DNA of 64,000 bases from Mytilus trossulus (Eukaryota), in NCBI RefSeq assembly GCF_036588685.1, contig NC_086379.1:47740001-47804000 (forward strand), read 5' to 3'. Positions within the stretch are counted from its first letter, which is position 1. Each line of letters opens with the position of its first letter. The notes beneath the pieces are model-generated. The model made no database searches. It was given only the letters and a program-made list of their open reading frames with translations, and had not been told where the DNA came from. Shown here piece after piece: positions 1 to 37,290 of the stretch. The position numbers were made by a program, and so were the translations under genes.

Positions 1-386
1 GCTATAAAGGTTGAACAAAAATACCGAACCCAAAGGTAAACTCAAAGAATGAGATATTATAATTTAAAAGCTCGAAAACAGCTGTCATATTTCATACTTC
101 TGCATAAAACAGTTCTTCACAAATGCTACTATTATTGTTTTAGTTCAACACAATACTCTTTCATTTGAAGTCTTTGTTTTGCCATGACGTTCCTCACAAT
201 TTTATTTCATTCACATCTATGCCATTCAAAAGTTTATGTTTGAAAGTTCCTGATGTTAAATATGCAAAAGCGACTAGGACGCACGTCATTTATCATTTCC
301 TTATTATAGTTGACATCTTTAGCTTTACATGTATCAGTACCTTTCTATCAGTGCACCACTTTTATTTATAATCTTTTATGTTTCAG

Positions 387-25173
<24,787 letters not shown>

Positions 25174-26954
25174 TTTCAAACTTTTATTTTATTTTTATCA
25201 TATACACCATAAACACCATAACGTTATTAATTGACAACTTTACTACCCGGATTAACTATAGAACAGTACTAGTAGAAGTCGTTATCATGGACAATGTTAT
25301 AGACAGCGTCTACTTGTTCTTACACATTTTTTATTGGAACACGCACTATACTGCATATAGTTATACACATATTGATATTGAAATTGTGCATGAAAATCTC
25401 AAAAAAGATCTTTATACTATACAAATATTATTGATTATCTAGTGGGATATTGCAGTATGGAACTTTGAAATGTAAGAACACTAGATACAATGACGTTTGA
25501 CAGAATGGTTTGAAAGATTTTAAAAGTATTATAGATGTAATAGATGCTCTTAAAATTGAAACAAAATAAAGAAATCATGTTTAATATGATACAAATATCG
25601 CTTTTCTGGATGACCATGCGGTCAAACCCAAACATTATAAAAGCCAGAGTTATATAAGACCTTATCATGTGATGAACTGTAAGATGAAAATAGACTTACA
25701 AAACTATAACAGTAATAATATAATAAAGCGCCTAATAAAAACAAGTTCAGGTATTGAAAGCATCTTTTAACTGCTGAACTGTTTGTATGCATGGTTGAGT
25801 AAAAGTGAATATTAGATGGAGAGATGCACATGAGTAAGCAAGTTTTAAAACAATATTCAAATTTATATGTTTCAAATCATAGTTATCATGGTTACCTTTT
25901 CATTTGTATTTCATTTCTCATAATGTACGTTATTTGTTTTACTATGGACACAACACATCACGAAATTTGATAAGTTTACAAAATCAAACTTGTTGGTATA
26001 ACAGATATACCGCATACATTGATGCACAACTGTATTTTAAATATATCAGTGCAAATCAAAAAAATAAATACGATCAATTGTGAGCTCAATTATCTACAGG
26101 TCTTTAAAGATTTAGAAGACGTACAGGTAAGCGTATTAAAAGTTACATTTCTGTTTGATAACTAATGATATCATATCTCAAAAAGCGAGTTTTCTCAGTG
26201 CAACCAGTCTGTATACTTGTTTTGCATATTAGTTTGGTTGTTTTAAATCTTCAGATGAAAATTATATCGATGGCATTTTGATTTATAATCATGTGTCTTA
26301 TTTGAAAAATCAGTTAATGTTGTAGAATTATTCTGTGAATATTATTTATTCTTGCTTTGTACATAATATTAACAAACGATTAAGATTGCATTGTTTTATA
26401 CCCAAAATATCATAAGTTGTATGTACCGTTATTCCTTCATCTAATAAACAATAAATGTACAAAAATATTAGTTTATTCAATATCTCTTTTCAATCCAACT
26501 ACCTCTTTGTGTCTTGACAGCGTGCTTGCTTTTGTTTTTATGGAGGAAAGGATATCTCCGAATAGTTCATAATAAGACTAGACAATGTGTTGTTTTCACG
26601 TTTCTGTTAGTATCTTATTCAATTGCTAGTACTCACTTCAAATGAAAAAGGAAAGCCTGGTCAGCTCGGGGTCAGAATAGTGTGTCAGTGTATGGTAACA
26701 TGTATGTCTTTTTGCGAACTTTAAACATGCGAGCTGTTACATAGCAATCCTCTAACTTCTGAGACGTATGCCTTTCAAATATAAGTAGATGACACAAGGG
26801 TGCATTTCTTTTCCCACTTCCCCCCCCCCCCCCCCCCCACTTGAATTACCCCCTATAATGAACTCATCATAGATACCAGGATTCAATACTTTTATTTTCG
26901 GAATTCGTATACAAAAGTCTCATCAGCTCAAATCAAAATGATTAAAACAAAAAT

Positions 26955-27242
26955 GAGTCCACTGTACACGGATGCCCCACTCACTTTGTCATTTTCTATG
27001 TTTAGTGGACCGTGGAATTTGGGTCATTACTCTAATATGCAATTAAAATTTGAAAGATCATATAATAAGGAAAATGTGTACTGAGTTTCAAGTTGTTTTA
27101 ACTTCAACTTCATCAAAAACTACCTCGACCAAAATCTTTAACCTGAGTCGGGACAGAAGGACGGACGGACGCACGGACGAATGAACGGACGCACAGACCA
27201 GAACACAAAATGCCCTTCTACTTTCGTAGGGGAGGCATAAAC
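26955..27242 (-). mobile_element. HINE / Pearl-like non-autonomous element
   Basis: (GGAC)n tract, terminal hairpin tgcccttctac..gtaggggaggca, homology to 20700-20992. Confidence 0.55.
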
Positions 27243-27740
27243 AATAGCATCAAGCTAAAGATAATCCACATCCACAACTATCTACCCCCTATATCCTAAA
27301 GCGTGACATCTCCTATATACACTTATATCATTATTGACAATGTGGGGAGTTTAGTATGGCGCTCATTATCACTGAACTGATATATATTAATATATGTGTG
27401 TAAGGGGCCAGATGAAGGACGCCTCCGGGTGCGAGAATTTCTCGCTGCATTGAAGACCTATTGGTAACCTTATGATATTGTCTGTTCTATGTCGGATTTT
27501 TGTCTCTTTGACACATTGCCCATTTCCATTCTCAATTTTATTGTTACGCAAAAAGTTCGAATGCATCGCCTTTGACAAATTAAAATATGAAGGAGTTTTT
27601 GAAAATTAGTACCGCACAACCATGTCATTTGGTTACTAAGTACTTGACTAATTTGGTGTCCATTCTTAATGAGGATATAAGAAAGAAGATGCTTTAATAG
27701 TATTTGAAATTTTAATAATTCTAATAAGCATTTCCTAGTT

Positions 27741-27833
27741 TTAACCATGACTACATGCTCCTGGTGTGACAGATACATCATCAATAGCCAAGTCGCTGTG
27801 GTATGACGTTCCTGTTCTACCTTCAATTTGGAA
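27741..27833 (-). CDS. MAM domain last exon
   Basis: [22 protein letters not shown]. Confidence 0.93.
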   Translation of the reverse strand, partial: FQIEGRTGTSYHSDLAIDDVSVTPGACSHG

Positions 27834-30800
27834 CTGAAAAGAAAATACTTAAACAGTGAAACATGTTAAATACGTTACATAAGTTTCTACTAAGGTGAGA
27901 GAAAATTAAAAGATAGGAGGAGTTTAAAGGTAATAGTGTGTATATTATGCAGCAAAATACATGTACACTTCAATTCATAGAAATGTTGTGTTTGGTGAAA
28001 GAAACCTATACAGATGACTTTATTCTTAATGATAAATACATGTACATGTAGCATAGAAAAATCATGACTCGCTATTCCACGACTATCAGTCAGAAAGGGT
28101 ATAGTAGCAAAATTGCGAACAAAATGCTTTTTAGAAAAGAACGTATGACACTGGCAATGCAAGGGTTAGTCTTATGCAATATTATAACTAGTAACTAGAA
28201 TGTGCTATTAATAAACTTACATTGAATGCATGGGATCCACGAACATTAACTTGAGTCTGCACGTGCATCCATTTGTCACCGTGGTCACCGTGATAAGACC
28301 TAATTGCATGTTTCCTACTTCCGATCAGCAGTTCAAAATAGATATAGCCCATTTCATGACCATACATGTTGAACCATGCTGAGAAACAATAAGTTCCAGG
28401 TTGGTATTGTGGGGAAACAAGGATGGCGTTTTTATTCGTTTGTCCACTGGATTCCAAAAACAGATAATGTCCTGTAAGAAAATGTACCATCTTATGAGTG
28501 AACATTTAAAAATTGCATGCAGAATTTATTACAAAGTACGTGCTGAAGCATAATTAGACGATATCAAAAATGAAAATAAAGTCAGTACATGTAAATCGAT
28601 GTTAAATGCAACAATCTGGACCAAGTAATGAGGGAAGATTCCAAAAGACACAATAATCAATGCTTAGATTTTTTATAAAGTTTCACAATTTTGTCCGTAT
28701 TTTTTGGACTGAACTTAATTTAATTGATCTTCGAAATTTAACATGGAGCTGATGTACTATTAATGGATCAAAAATATAAAAAAAAAAAATACGAAAAAAA
28801 ATACGTATAGAAATACCCGATAACACAATCAAATATACCTCCGCTAGTTCCACTGTGGTCGGCATGTGGACCAGTGTTTCGGCTAGGTGTACTGCCCATA
28901 CCAGTTCTCCAGTCAATATTATCACCTGTGGATTGTAACCATCCACACAAACCAGCATCAAAGGAACATGTGGCAGCTGTAGAATAAAATGAGTATGTCT
29001 GCAGCTGATTTGTATTTTTTTGGGCATTAATTTATGTACCGTGTTACTGATAATTATGTGTTTATTTTAACATTTAAGCATTATACGACCGTGTGACATG
29101 GCGGCTGCCACTACTTGAGAAGGATTTTTACAATCCAATAAACTGTTGCTTGGTATGGGTTGCTGATATAAAAAAAAGATGTGGTATGATTACAAATGAG
29201 AGACAACTCTCCACATGAGACTAAAATGACACAGAAACTAACAACTATAAATCACCATACGGCCTTCAACCATGAGCAAAGCCCATACAGTCTTTTTGTT
29301 ATGTTTTAATGGTGTTTTGTGGACTTATTTGTCTTGATGTTGTTTTTTTTTATTTTTGCCATGACGTTTTCATTCAACTTCCATCTTTAAATGTGAATAA
29401 CTCCCAGTAATCTTTAGCCTTTTTTGCAGCATGAATAATATTTTTACGTTACAAAGGCTTTCCTGTTTTTACGCCTCCCTAGTATTAAAAATCATATGCG
29501 GGCCCATTGTATTGTACTTTATATCGAGATGAGTTTTAAGCTTATAAAATAGTAACATGAAATTAAGTATAAGTTTTACAACATCAATTTTGTAGCTATA
29601 TTAAAAAAAATGCATAAACTTACCTTGGTTTGTTATAAGAGGATCTGCAAAAAAAAGTACGACATTATTTACAAACCGTTATTGTATACAAGAACTATTA
29701 TAGAAAGGTTGTGGATATCAAGGCATCTTCCAATTATACCGGAGCAATTTTTTTTATATTCAATGACGAATGCGAACTTCATACACTAGTGAAGGTTGTG
29801 TGGGTATCAAGGCATCTCCCTTTTATACAAGAGCATATAATCTTAAATTCCATGCCGAATGCGAACTTAATACACTAGAGAAAATTATGGAATCAAGGCA
29901 TCTCCCTTTTATACAAGAGCATACAATCTTAAATTTCAGGACGAATGCGAACTCGATACACTAGAGAAGGTTGCGGATATCAGGACATCTTTCTATTATA
30001 CAATAGCATACAATCTTAAATTTCATGACAAATGCGAACTTGAAACGCTAGAGAAGGTTGTGAATATGAAGGCATCTCCCTATTATACACGAGCATACAA
30101 TCTTAAATTTCATGACGAATGCGAACTTGATACACTAGAGAAGTTGTGGACATCTAGGCATCTCACTATAATGAAAATCATACAATCTCAAATTTCATGA
30201 TGAATGCGAACTTGATTCACTATATTCAAACTAAAATCATTAAATTCAAATGTTATTGTAAACGAGCCTGGAATTAACGGATTAAGGTGGTATGGGTGTC
30301 TTTCGCCATCTTGGATTGTAAAAAAACAGAGAATCTAAGGTCCAGATTTTCTATTAAGTTAGCAAAATTAAATCCAGGAATGTATTTATTTATTGTGAAT
30401 TATCATTTAAAAGAACTAATTTATAAGAATATAACTAATAAATATTAATATTTTTACAAGTATAAAAATAATTTTTGGTTGTTTTTAAATGTTTTCAAAT
30501 TGGCATTTTAAGGGGGGGGGGGGGTAACTCTAAAACAGTGCATTTTCTGAAGGATTGTACATGGAATTTTTCTATTTTGTATTTTAGCCGGAAAAAACTC
30601 ACGGTGACCATATCTTTTCTTTTGATATTTTCAAAGCATTGTATGAAAGCTATCTTTTCCTCTTTTATTTTACAATTCTATCATTTTGTTTAGTTTCTAA
30701 TTACAAAATGGTGTTTTTTCCTGTATAATCCATACAAAATGTGTCATTTTATCACCACCTGTAGCTTGAGAAAATGCGCGGTGACCTATCATTCTTATTA

Positions 30801-33800
30801 TATTTTTGAACATATATCAATAGATACTAAGTTTTGGCAAAGTATGAACAAATTCTATCATTTTTATTTTAGACTCCCATACCACCTTAAATGGTAAATT
30901 AAGAACATTTATGAACATCGTGCGTCCGAGGCAGGTCAATTGATTTATTCTAACCAGAAACCCTCAACTCCAAAATAGTTGCCAAGTAACATTGCAAAAA
31001 TACTAGAGGAGCAATATCACGTTGAAAAAAAAACCAAATAGAAGAAACTAAATGAGTCTAAAGTTTCGTTGCTTAATGGAGTTTTTGAAACCTTATTTTT
31101 TTTATTTTTTTTTAAATTGATAAAAATAATTAAAATCAAAATTGATAATTTTAACAAATAAATCTAGCAAATAATTTCGTTGGGCAAAGTACTGAATATG
31201 ATAGTGTCTCCAAATAATGTCTTGGAATTATAAAATGATATATGTTGATTGATTGTACCAACGATGAGCATGGAATATAATAGAAATCCATTCATTTGTT
31301 TAGAGAATTTCCGTTTTCAAGTTTCCTTGGAGTTCAGAATTTTTGTGATTTAACTTTTTTTTGCAAATATATGTACCATACCATTCCTTAAAATCACCCG
31401 TGTTACAATAAAATTTGACATCACAATATGAAAAATTGACCTCTTATTAAAAAATGATAACTAAAAGTGATAATACCTTTATAAAACTAACATAATTTTA
31501 AAAAGGTTGAACAATTTTACTTTTATTGGAACTTAGGTAAGGGCTCTTAAATTACAAATGTACCTTTTTCTTTAATAGAGATTATCGAAAATAAACCACA
31601 TAATTTATTAAATATATTAGTGTAACTGTGTCCTACTGTTTCTCTTAAAAAAAGTTTTATTTTGAGGTTTAGACAATATTACAACAGTTTTAAAGCTTTC
31701 TTTAATAGAGATTATAGAAAATATACCACATTATTAAATATATCAAAGTGTGGCGTTAGTGTAACTTTGTCCTATTGTTCCCCTTAAACAAAATGTGTGG
31801 GTTTAGATAATATTACAACAGTTCTATCATGCAATATAAGATTACATAATAACCATGATTAACACATCTCATAAAAAAAAGCATAATGAAAAAAAGCATT
31901 GCTGTTGGTGATCGACCAACAACTTTATCAGTATATGTTCTAAATGTACAGTAAATGACTTGTATTACACAATATCTTACTTGGTGTAGAAACGTGAGAA
32001 ATATCTGGTGCATGAGTTGATGCGCCAGGTGCAGCTGTGACTGTTCCAACACTTCCTCTCGGTATACAACCATATAAAATCTGAATTTCTTTGGCGTCAG
32101 TTTCGCTCAGTCTTACTCTTTGTCCAATGGTTACTCCACTTTGTTTCGGTTCAAGGGTCATTTGATGTCTATCAATGGCGAATGCATAGGCTGGATAGTG
32201 CATAACTGATCCATAATCGTATGGCATACCCAAATGATCAATTTGTGTGCCTAATTGGTACTTGTCAAAGTTTCGTGCATGAGCTGCAAGCAAGAAATAT
32301 TGTAAACATACTACTTCTTTTAATTTATACAAAAACAGAATACTGAAAAAAATTATTTATGCTATATGTGGCTCGAACATATGAAATAACAACATTTTGG
32401 TGAAAAAACTATGTCAATGTTAAATAATGTTTGTCATAACTTCAGAGAATATAAAGCCCTGTTCAGTCAATTTTATACCTTTTTCTACTAAGTAGTATCT
32501 CGAACACGCTGCAACTACTCTATTTTATTCGTGTATAAACGGATTTTTACATATAAGTTATTATCTCCCATACAAAAACAACACAAACACCAAATCCAAA
32601 ATCTAGAAATAAAGTACGTACTGACAGCCATTGCACCTAGGCGGTTTCACTTTTTGCTAAATCAGCAATGAAAGTTCATACATGAATTCAACATATTCAT
32701 AAAACACATAAAAGTCATATAACTTTTGCTACTTGGTTTTATTCAGTTGTCCTGTTTGAACTATATGGGCTAAACGTCGGAAAAACACACCTTAGTCTGA
32801 TGGTATATTGAAAGTTAGAAAATGATTGTTGAAAAAAGCTGCGTCAGAAAAGTTGACATATTATGCTTTAGGTTGCGGTAAAATACCAATATCGCATTAG
32901 GGAAAACATAAGTCAACTGTACTTTGATTTTTATTATATGTAGTAATAATAAAATGTTGTGTTTACTTGTTTGAATGTTCTTCCAGTGAACTGTGACGTA
33001 GTTGTCTCTGTCTGCTCTGCTTTGTTCGTGCCAGAATCCTAAACCATGAAGGATTTCATGCATGACTGTTCCTTTTCGTAGACATCCGGTACCTAATGTG
33101 ACGTCAGATCTGCGTGTACTGTGATAACCAATAGGTGTGTGGCATCTTTAAATAAAAATTGTATGTATCAAATTTCGGCACTGGTACCTTGTTCAAATTT
33201 CATCACACAATTAACTATATACTTAGGTTGGGTTTAGGAATTTGTGTCAGATGTTCGAACTCTTTAGTTGTTTCCCCCCTAAAAACAGGGTAAAATATTT
33301 TGACTCATAGCACTCATTTTTCTTTATATTTAAGGCATCTTTAGCTCCTAAAAGATAGTTTTTCAAAATTTAAGCAGATTATATTTCCTTTACGATTTGA
33401 TATTTCAGAACATGTTTACTGCAATTTCAATATGGAACAGACTGAGACCATCTGTACCTACCCACTTCCGTAAGTAAATTGCATATATCCATGTTCAGCT
33501 TGGCGTGGTTGAAAGTCAATGCATTTCTTTCCATTTACTTTTGTCTTTTCCATAATTTCGTTCATGGCATCATGGAAAACTTGGACGTGAGAAGCTTGTC
33601 CTAAGTGCACAAAAAAATAAAATTTTTTTTTAGGGAATCGAAATAAAAAACAAGGGAACACATTCGTAAATACAATTTAAATTTTCATTAATTTCGCAGT
33701 ATGTGTAAGGTATCTTTTTTTGAACATGTATTATTAATGTAACAATTGACAATATCCTGAGGCAATTTACTCACTCGAATGGACTGCGTCGATGGTCCAT

Positions 33801-36800
33801 GGAACAACACCATGTGGCCAGAGAAGATTGTGGTTTGCAACAGCATTTCTCAACTATACAAAAAAAAAGATGTATGCACTAAATATACATGTTCATATAC
33901 AAGGTTATATCATAAAACATGTCTTCCAAATGTTGTAACTACAATCCCATTCCTTTTTTCTTGAATTGACTACCGAGTTACAATTATTACTTATTACAAG
34001 ATGTGTACTAACAAAACTACACGAAGGGTGCCACACGCTGAGCTAAAGCGGCTTACGCTTCCGTAGAAACTTAAATTAACCCAGATTTTCGGTGGGGTTT
34101 TGGTTGCTCAGTTTTTCGTTTTCGATGTTGTGTTTTGTATACTGTTGCTCTTCTGTTTGTTCTTTATTCTATATTTTTTTTTAGCCAAGTCAGTTAGAAA
34201 TATAGACTTATAACAAAATAGTTGAACTAAAGACTAGTAAAGTCTAGAGTTATGTCCCTTGTTGTAGATTAACAGTCTTGATACAATAAAATGGTTTCAA
34301 CAAAGGTACAAGTCGCACTTACATATGGCTCTTCTCCTGGTTCTATCTCTATATCTCCTTCAAAAAATCCTGCAATACAAACAACCCTAATGTATATTGC
34401 TAATGAAATATTTTAACAAAAATGGAAATGTTTTTTACTAACAAAACAACTTCAAGTCTTTATTAATGATCACATATTTTAGTTAAGACGTATGCGACCG
34501 AATTTGAAAATAACCTTAGCTTGCTACCAACAACTTATACAGTGGTATTAAAACAATACAAGCTTTAATAGGATTTCAGAAATAAGGTTTTAATAAAGCT
34601 ATTATTGATTTTAAATTTATTTTTACGGTTTTTGTGTTAATAAAAAAAAAAGGATGCGCATTATTCGACTTCATAATTACCTGCTTCTTCTGGGTTCTGG
34701 TCTGAAAAATAATAACAGTTTGGTTAAATTTTTATATTCAATGGTAAATAAAACATTTCTCGTAATTGATAACATTAGTATTCTTTATATTGTTATTCTA
34801 ATTTTCTTTTTAATTATTATTATTATTATAAATAAATGTTCTTTTGAATTGTTATTATAATAAATAAATGTTCTTTTGAATTATAAGTATTATTGTTAGT
34901 ATGGTGTTCTTTTAGATAATTATGATCATAGTAATTCATAGTTTCTAACTATAGTATTTTACTGTTATAATAATAGTTAAGCTCCTCCCTAGATTCTTAC
35001 AAAATTTGGCCTTGACATGATAACAGGATTTATTTCGGTGCAAACACCTTTAACCATAGATAACAATGTAATCTCTATACCTAACACATGCACAAAAAGT
35101 TCAAAATTTGGCAGATAGGTGTACACATTTGACCTCGAAACACGGTCGTAATTCATAACATTTATTTTGGTAATGATAAATCAGCACATTTCTTTTGATT
35201 TACTAAACTAGCATTAATAATAGAAAAGAGAATGAAAAGGTGAAATATGTCAAAGAGGAACAACCCGACCAAAGACCAGAAAACAGTTCATGGTAACCAG
35301 CTGCATTTTGCGCAGCGAACTCACTATGAAGAACTTAATAGTTCATAGGTGTTTGTATAAAATATCAATCGGTTCATTAGCAGGTGGTTATCCTTCTTTC
35401 GGATCTCAATAGTAAAGAATTTGTACACACTATCATTTGTGCAATAGACTTTTTTCAACAGGATTAACCCTTTAAGTTAGTTCGTCTGTTGTGCTGTTAC
35501 GCAACTGTCACATGTAAACCTCGTCACATGCTTGGCATGTGCCTATCTATATTCAAGGACCTGTATTCTATTTGTTGTCGTTAGTGTATGTCGGTCATTT
35601 TATTTAACTTTTTGTTTGCTGATTTACAATAAATCAGATTGGTTTATCTTCATTTATTTATGTTTTGCTATTTCATAGATGACGATACGGTATAGTTATT
35701 GTTTGTCATTTGTAAATGCATATACATGTATATATAACAGTATGTATAGGTTATATTTCTTCCGTAGAAAGTCAGGAATCCGGTTGTTATTTTTCGCTTT
35801 TTACTCTGATCAATAGCGTTTGATTTTATCAATATTTTATTTTTAAAACTTTTTAAATTTTTGGAATTCGGTACTTTCGTTTTTGTTTCATAATCTGATA
35901 GCGTGTTGTTCCATACTGAAAGCAGCTCTATGAATTGAGAATTGAGAACAACTGTTACACATGTAACAATAAAAGAACTGTTGCTTATATGCTTGATCTA
36001 CATGTATATGCCATTTCGTGCTTCTTTGTAATATATTTGTTTGTTTATTAGGGATTAAGATTATAGCACAATGTTTACTGCTGTATCCCTATTTTTGACA
36101 TGTATACCTATTACATCTGTTTGTTTAGTTCATGCGTTGTCATTATAAAGGAATTTGATGCGATCGTCATACAATTAAGAGGTTTATCTAGCTATAAGAC
36201 CAGGATTAACCTGTCATTTTCTAAATAAGAAAATGTCTGTACCAAGTAAGGAATGTGACAGTTGCTATTCATTCGTTTGACGTTTGATGTATGAGCTTTT
36301 AGTTTTGCCATTTTTTTAGGGACTTTGCGTTTTGCGTTATCTTAGGAGTTCGGTATTTTTGTGATTTTACTGTAATATTTTTTGGTTTGTTAATTATGCA
36401 ATTAATTCCTTCACAAGAATGGAACTTCAATACTGATATGTACCAGACGAGTGATTGACACAGTCAGTGTCTTTTCACATTTTCACATTTCCATGTTGAC
36501 ATTGCATATAATACTTCCATAGTTTCATTTCTCAGTTCCCATTTAACTATTTTTTGTTTCAAAAACATATTTATATTAAATATTATATATTATAATATAT
36601 TAACTTGGAACTAAGAAAATGACAAGTTGAAAGTTGTACATATGGAATGGCGAAATGACAAAACCAGATAAAGTATAAAAAGCACTCAATCACCAGATAG
36701 TACAAGAATAGAAAGATAAAAACAATATTATTATAAGAAAAGACTCACCATCGACCTAGAAAAAAATGAATAAAATATCACATACAAATTTGGTATTCAG

Positions 36801-37231
36801 TCTACCATATTGATTCTATTAAATGTAATTTGATTATGTTAACAATTATAAGCCATGGGCAATGGACTTGGAAAGAAAGAATACTATATTATGAGTTCAG
36901 CTGTAGTATATAAAATCAGAATCCCCTGTGCGAAAAACAGTACTTGCAGAATATATCTTTGAAGAATGAAAGGCTATCGCAAAAGCATCACACATATTTT
37001 ATTTTGATCGATATCAAACATTGAAAAAATATACGCAAATGGAATAAAAAGGACCTTGAAACAACAAGTAATGTAAACTGACTTAATTTTTTTTAAATTA
37101 AATGATAGGAACTAAAAAGGATACTCATAATTCAGGTAAAACAATTATGAAGAGTTATTTGAATTGCTTACCTGCACCGGTACAGCTAGTACCAGAGACA
37201 CCCCCAGTGATAGAGCGAGAAAAATGTTCAT
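27741..37231 (-). CDS. Secreted astacin-family (M12A) zinc metalloprotease with C-terminal MAM domain (meprin-like), 445 aa
   Basis: 12 exons (minus): 37172-37231, 36749-36755, 34681-34701, 34323-34369, 33775-33853, 33462-33600, 32967-33145, 31981-32283, 29624-29644, 28839-28976, 28221-28471, 27741-27833 = 1338 nt ATG to TAA. Signal peptide [21 protein letters not shown] propeptide, R-NA maturation site, [19 protein letters not shown], Met-turn SVMHY, MAM motifs CSFD..CGW, TGP..DH, AIDDV. Confidence 0.95.
28221..28471 (-). CDS. MAM domain exon 2
   Basis: [29 protein letters not shown]. Confidence 0.94.
28839..28976 (-). CDS. MAM domain exon 1
   Basis: [24 protein letters not shown]. Confidence 0.94.
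29624..29644 (-). CDS. Astacin 21-nt linker microexon
   Basis: ttttgcag|NPLITNQ|gtaagt, symmetric phase 1. Confidence 0.7.
29700..30222 (+). repeat. ~87-bp minisatellite, 6 copies
   Basis: Unit starts near 29701, 29787, 29876, 29962, 30049, 30136 (tagagaaggttgtgga..gaatgcgaact..acac). Confidence 0.92.
30286..30886. mobile_element. 601-bp Kolobok-like MITE with TTAA TSD
   Basis: ttaa|ggtggtatgggtgtct..agactcccataccacc|ttaa. Confidence 0.88.
31566..31823 (+). repeat. ~130-bp tandem duplication
   Basis: ttttctttaatagagattat..gtttaga.aatattacaacagtt occurs twice. Confidence 0.8.
31981..32283 (-). CDS. Astacin exon with Met-turn and linker
   Basis: [22 protein letters not shown]. Confidence 0.96.
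32967..33145 (-). CDS. Astacin exon with zinc-binding motif
   Basis: [30 protein letters not shown]. Confidence 0.97.
33462..33600 (-). CDS. Astacin catalytic domain exon
   Basis: [16 protein letters not shown]. Confidence 0.92.
33775..33853 (-). CDS. Astacin exon, mature N-terminus
   Basis: [19 protein letters not shown]. Confidence 0.92.
34323..34369 (-). CDS. Astacin propeptide exon
   Basis: [16 protein letters not shown]. Confidence 0.9.
34681..34701 (-). CDS. Astacin 21-nt microexon (propeptide)
   Basis: ttttcag|DQNPEEA|gtaatt. Confidence 0.82.
36749..36755 (-). CDS. Astacin 7-nt microexon
   Basis: ttttttctag|GTCGATG|gtgagt; converts phase 0 to phase 1. Confidence 0.75.
37172..37231 (-). 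CDS. Astacin exon 1, signal peptide
   Basis: [20 protein letters not shown]|gtaagc. Confidence 0.85.
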
Positions 37232-37282
37232 CTTGTCCAAGCAAAGTGAGACAACTATCTGAAGAATCGAATCACGAATAAC

Positions 37283-37290
37283 CTATATAA
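37283..37290 (-). promoter_or_regulatory. Putative TATA box of astacin gene
   Basis: TTATATAG about 52-59 nt upstream of the ATG, with a TCAG initiator-like motif near 37260. Confidence 0.5.

Noticed and set aside
29700-30222. CRISPR-like array
   Set aside because: Whole units are repeated with no unique spacers, and the context is eukaryotic; it is a minisatellite.
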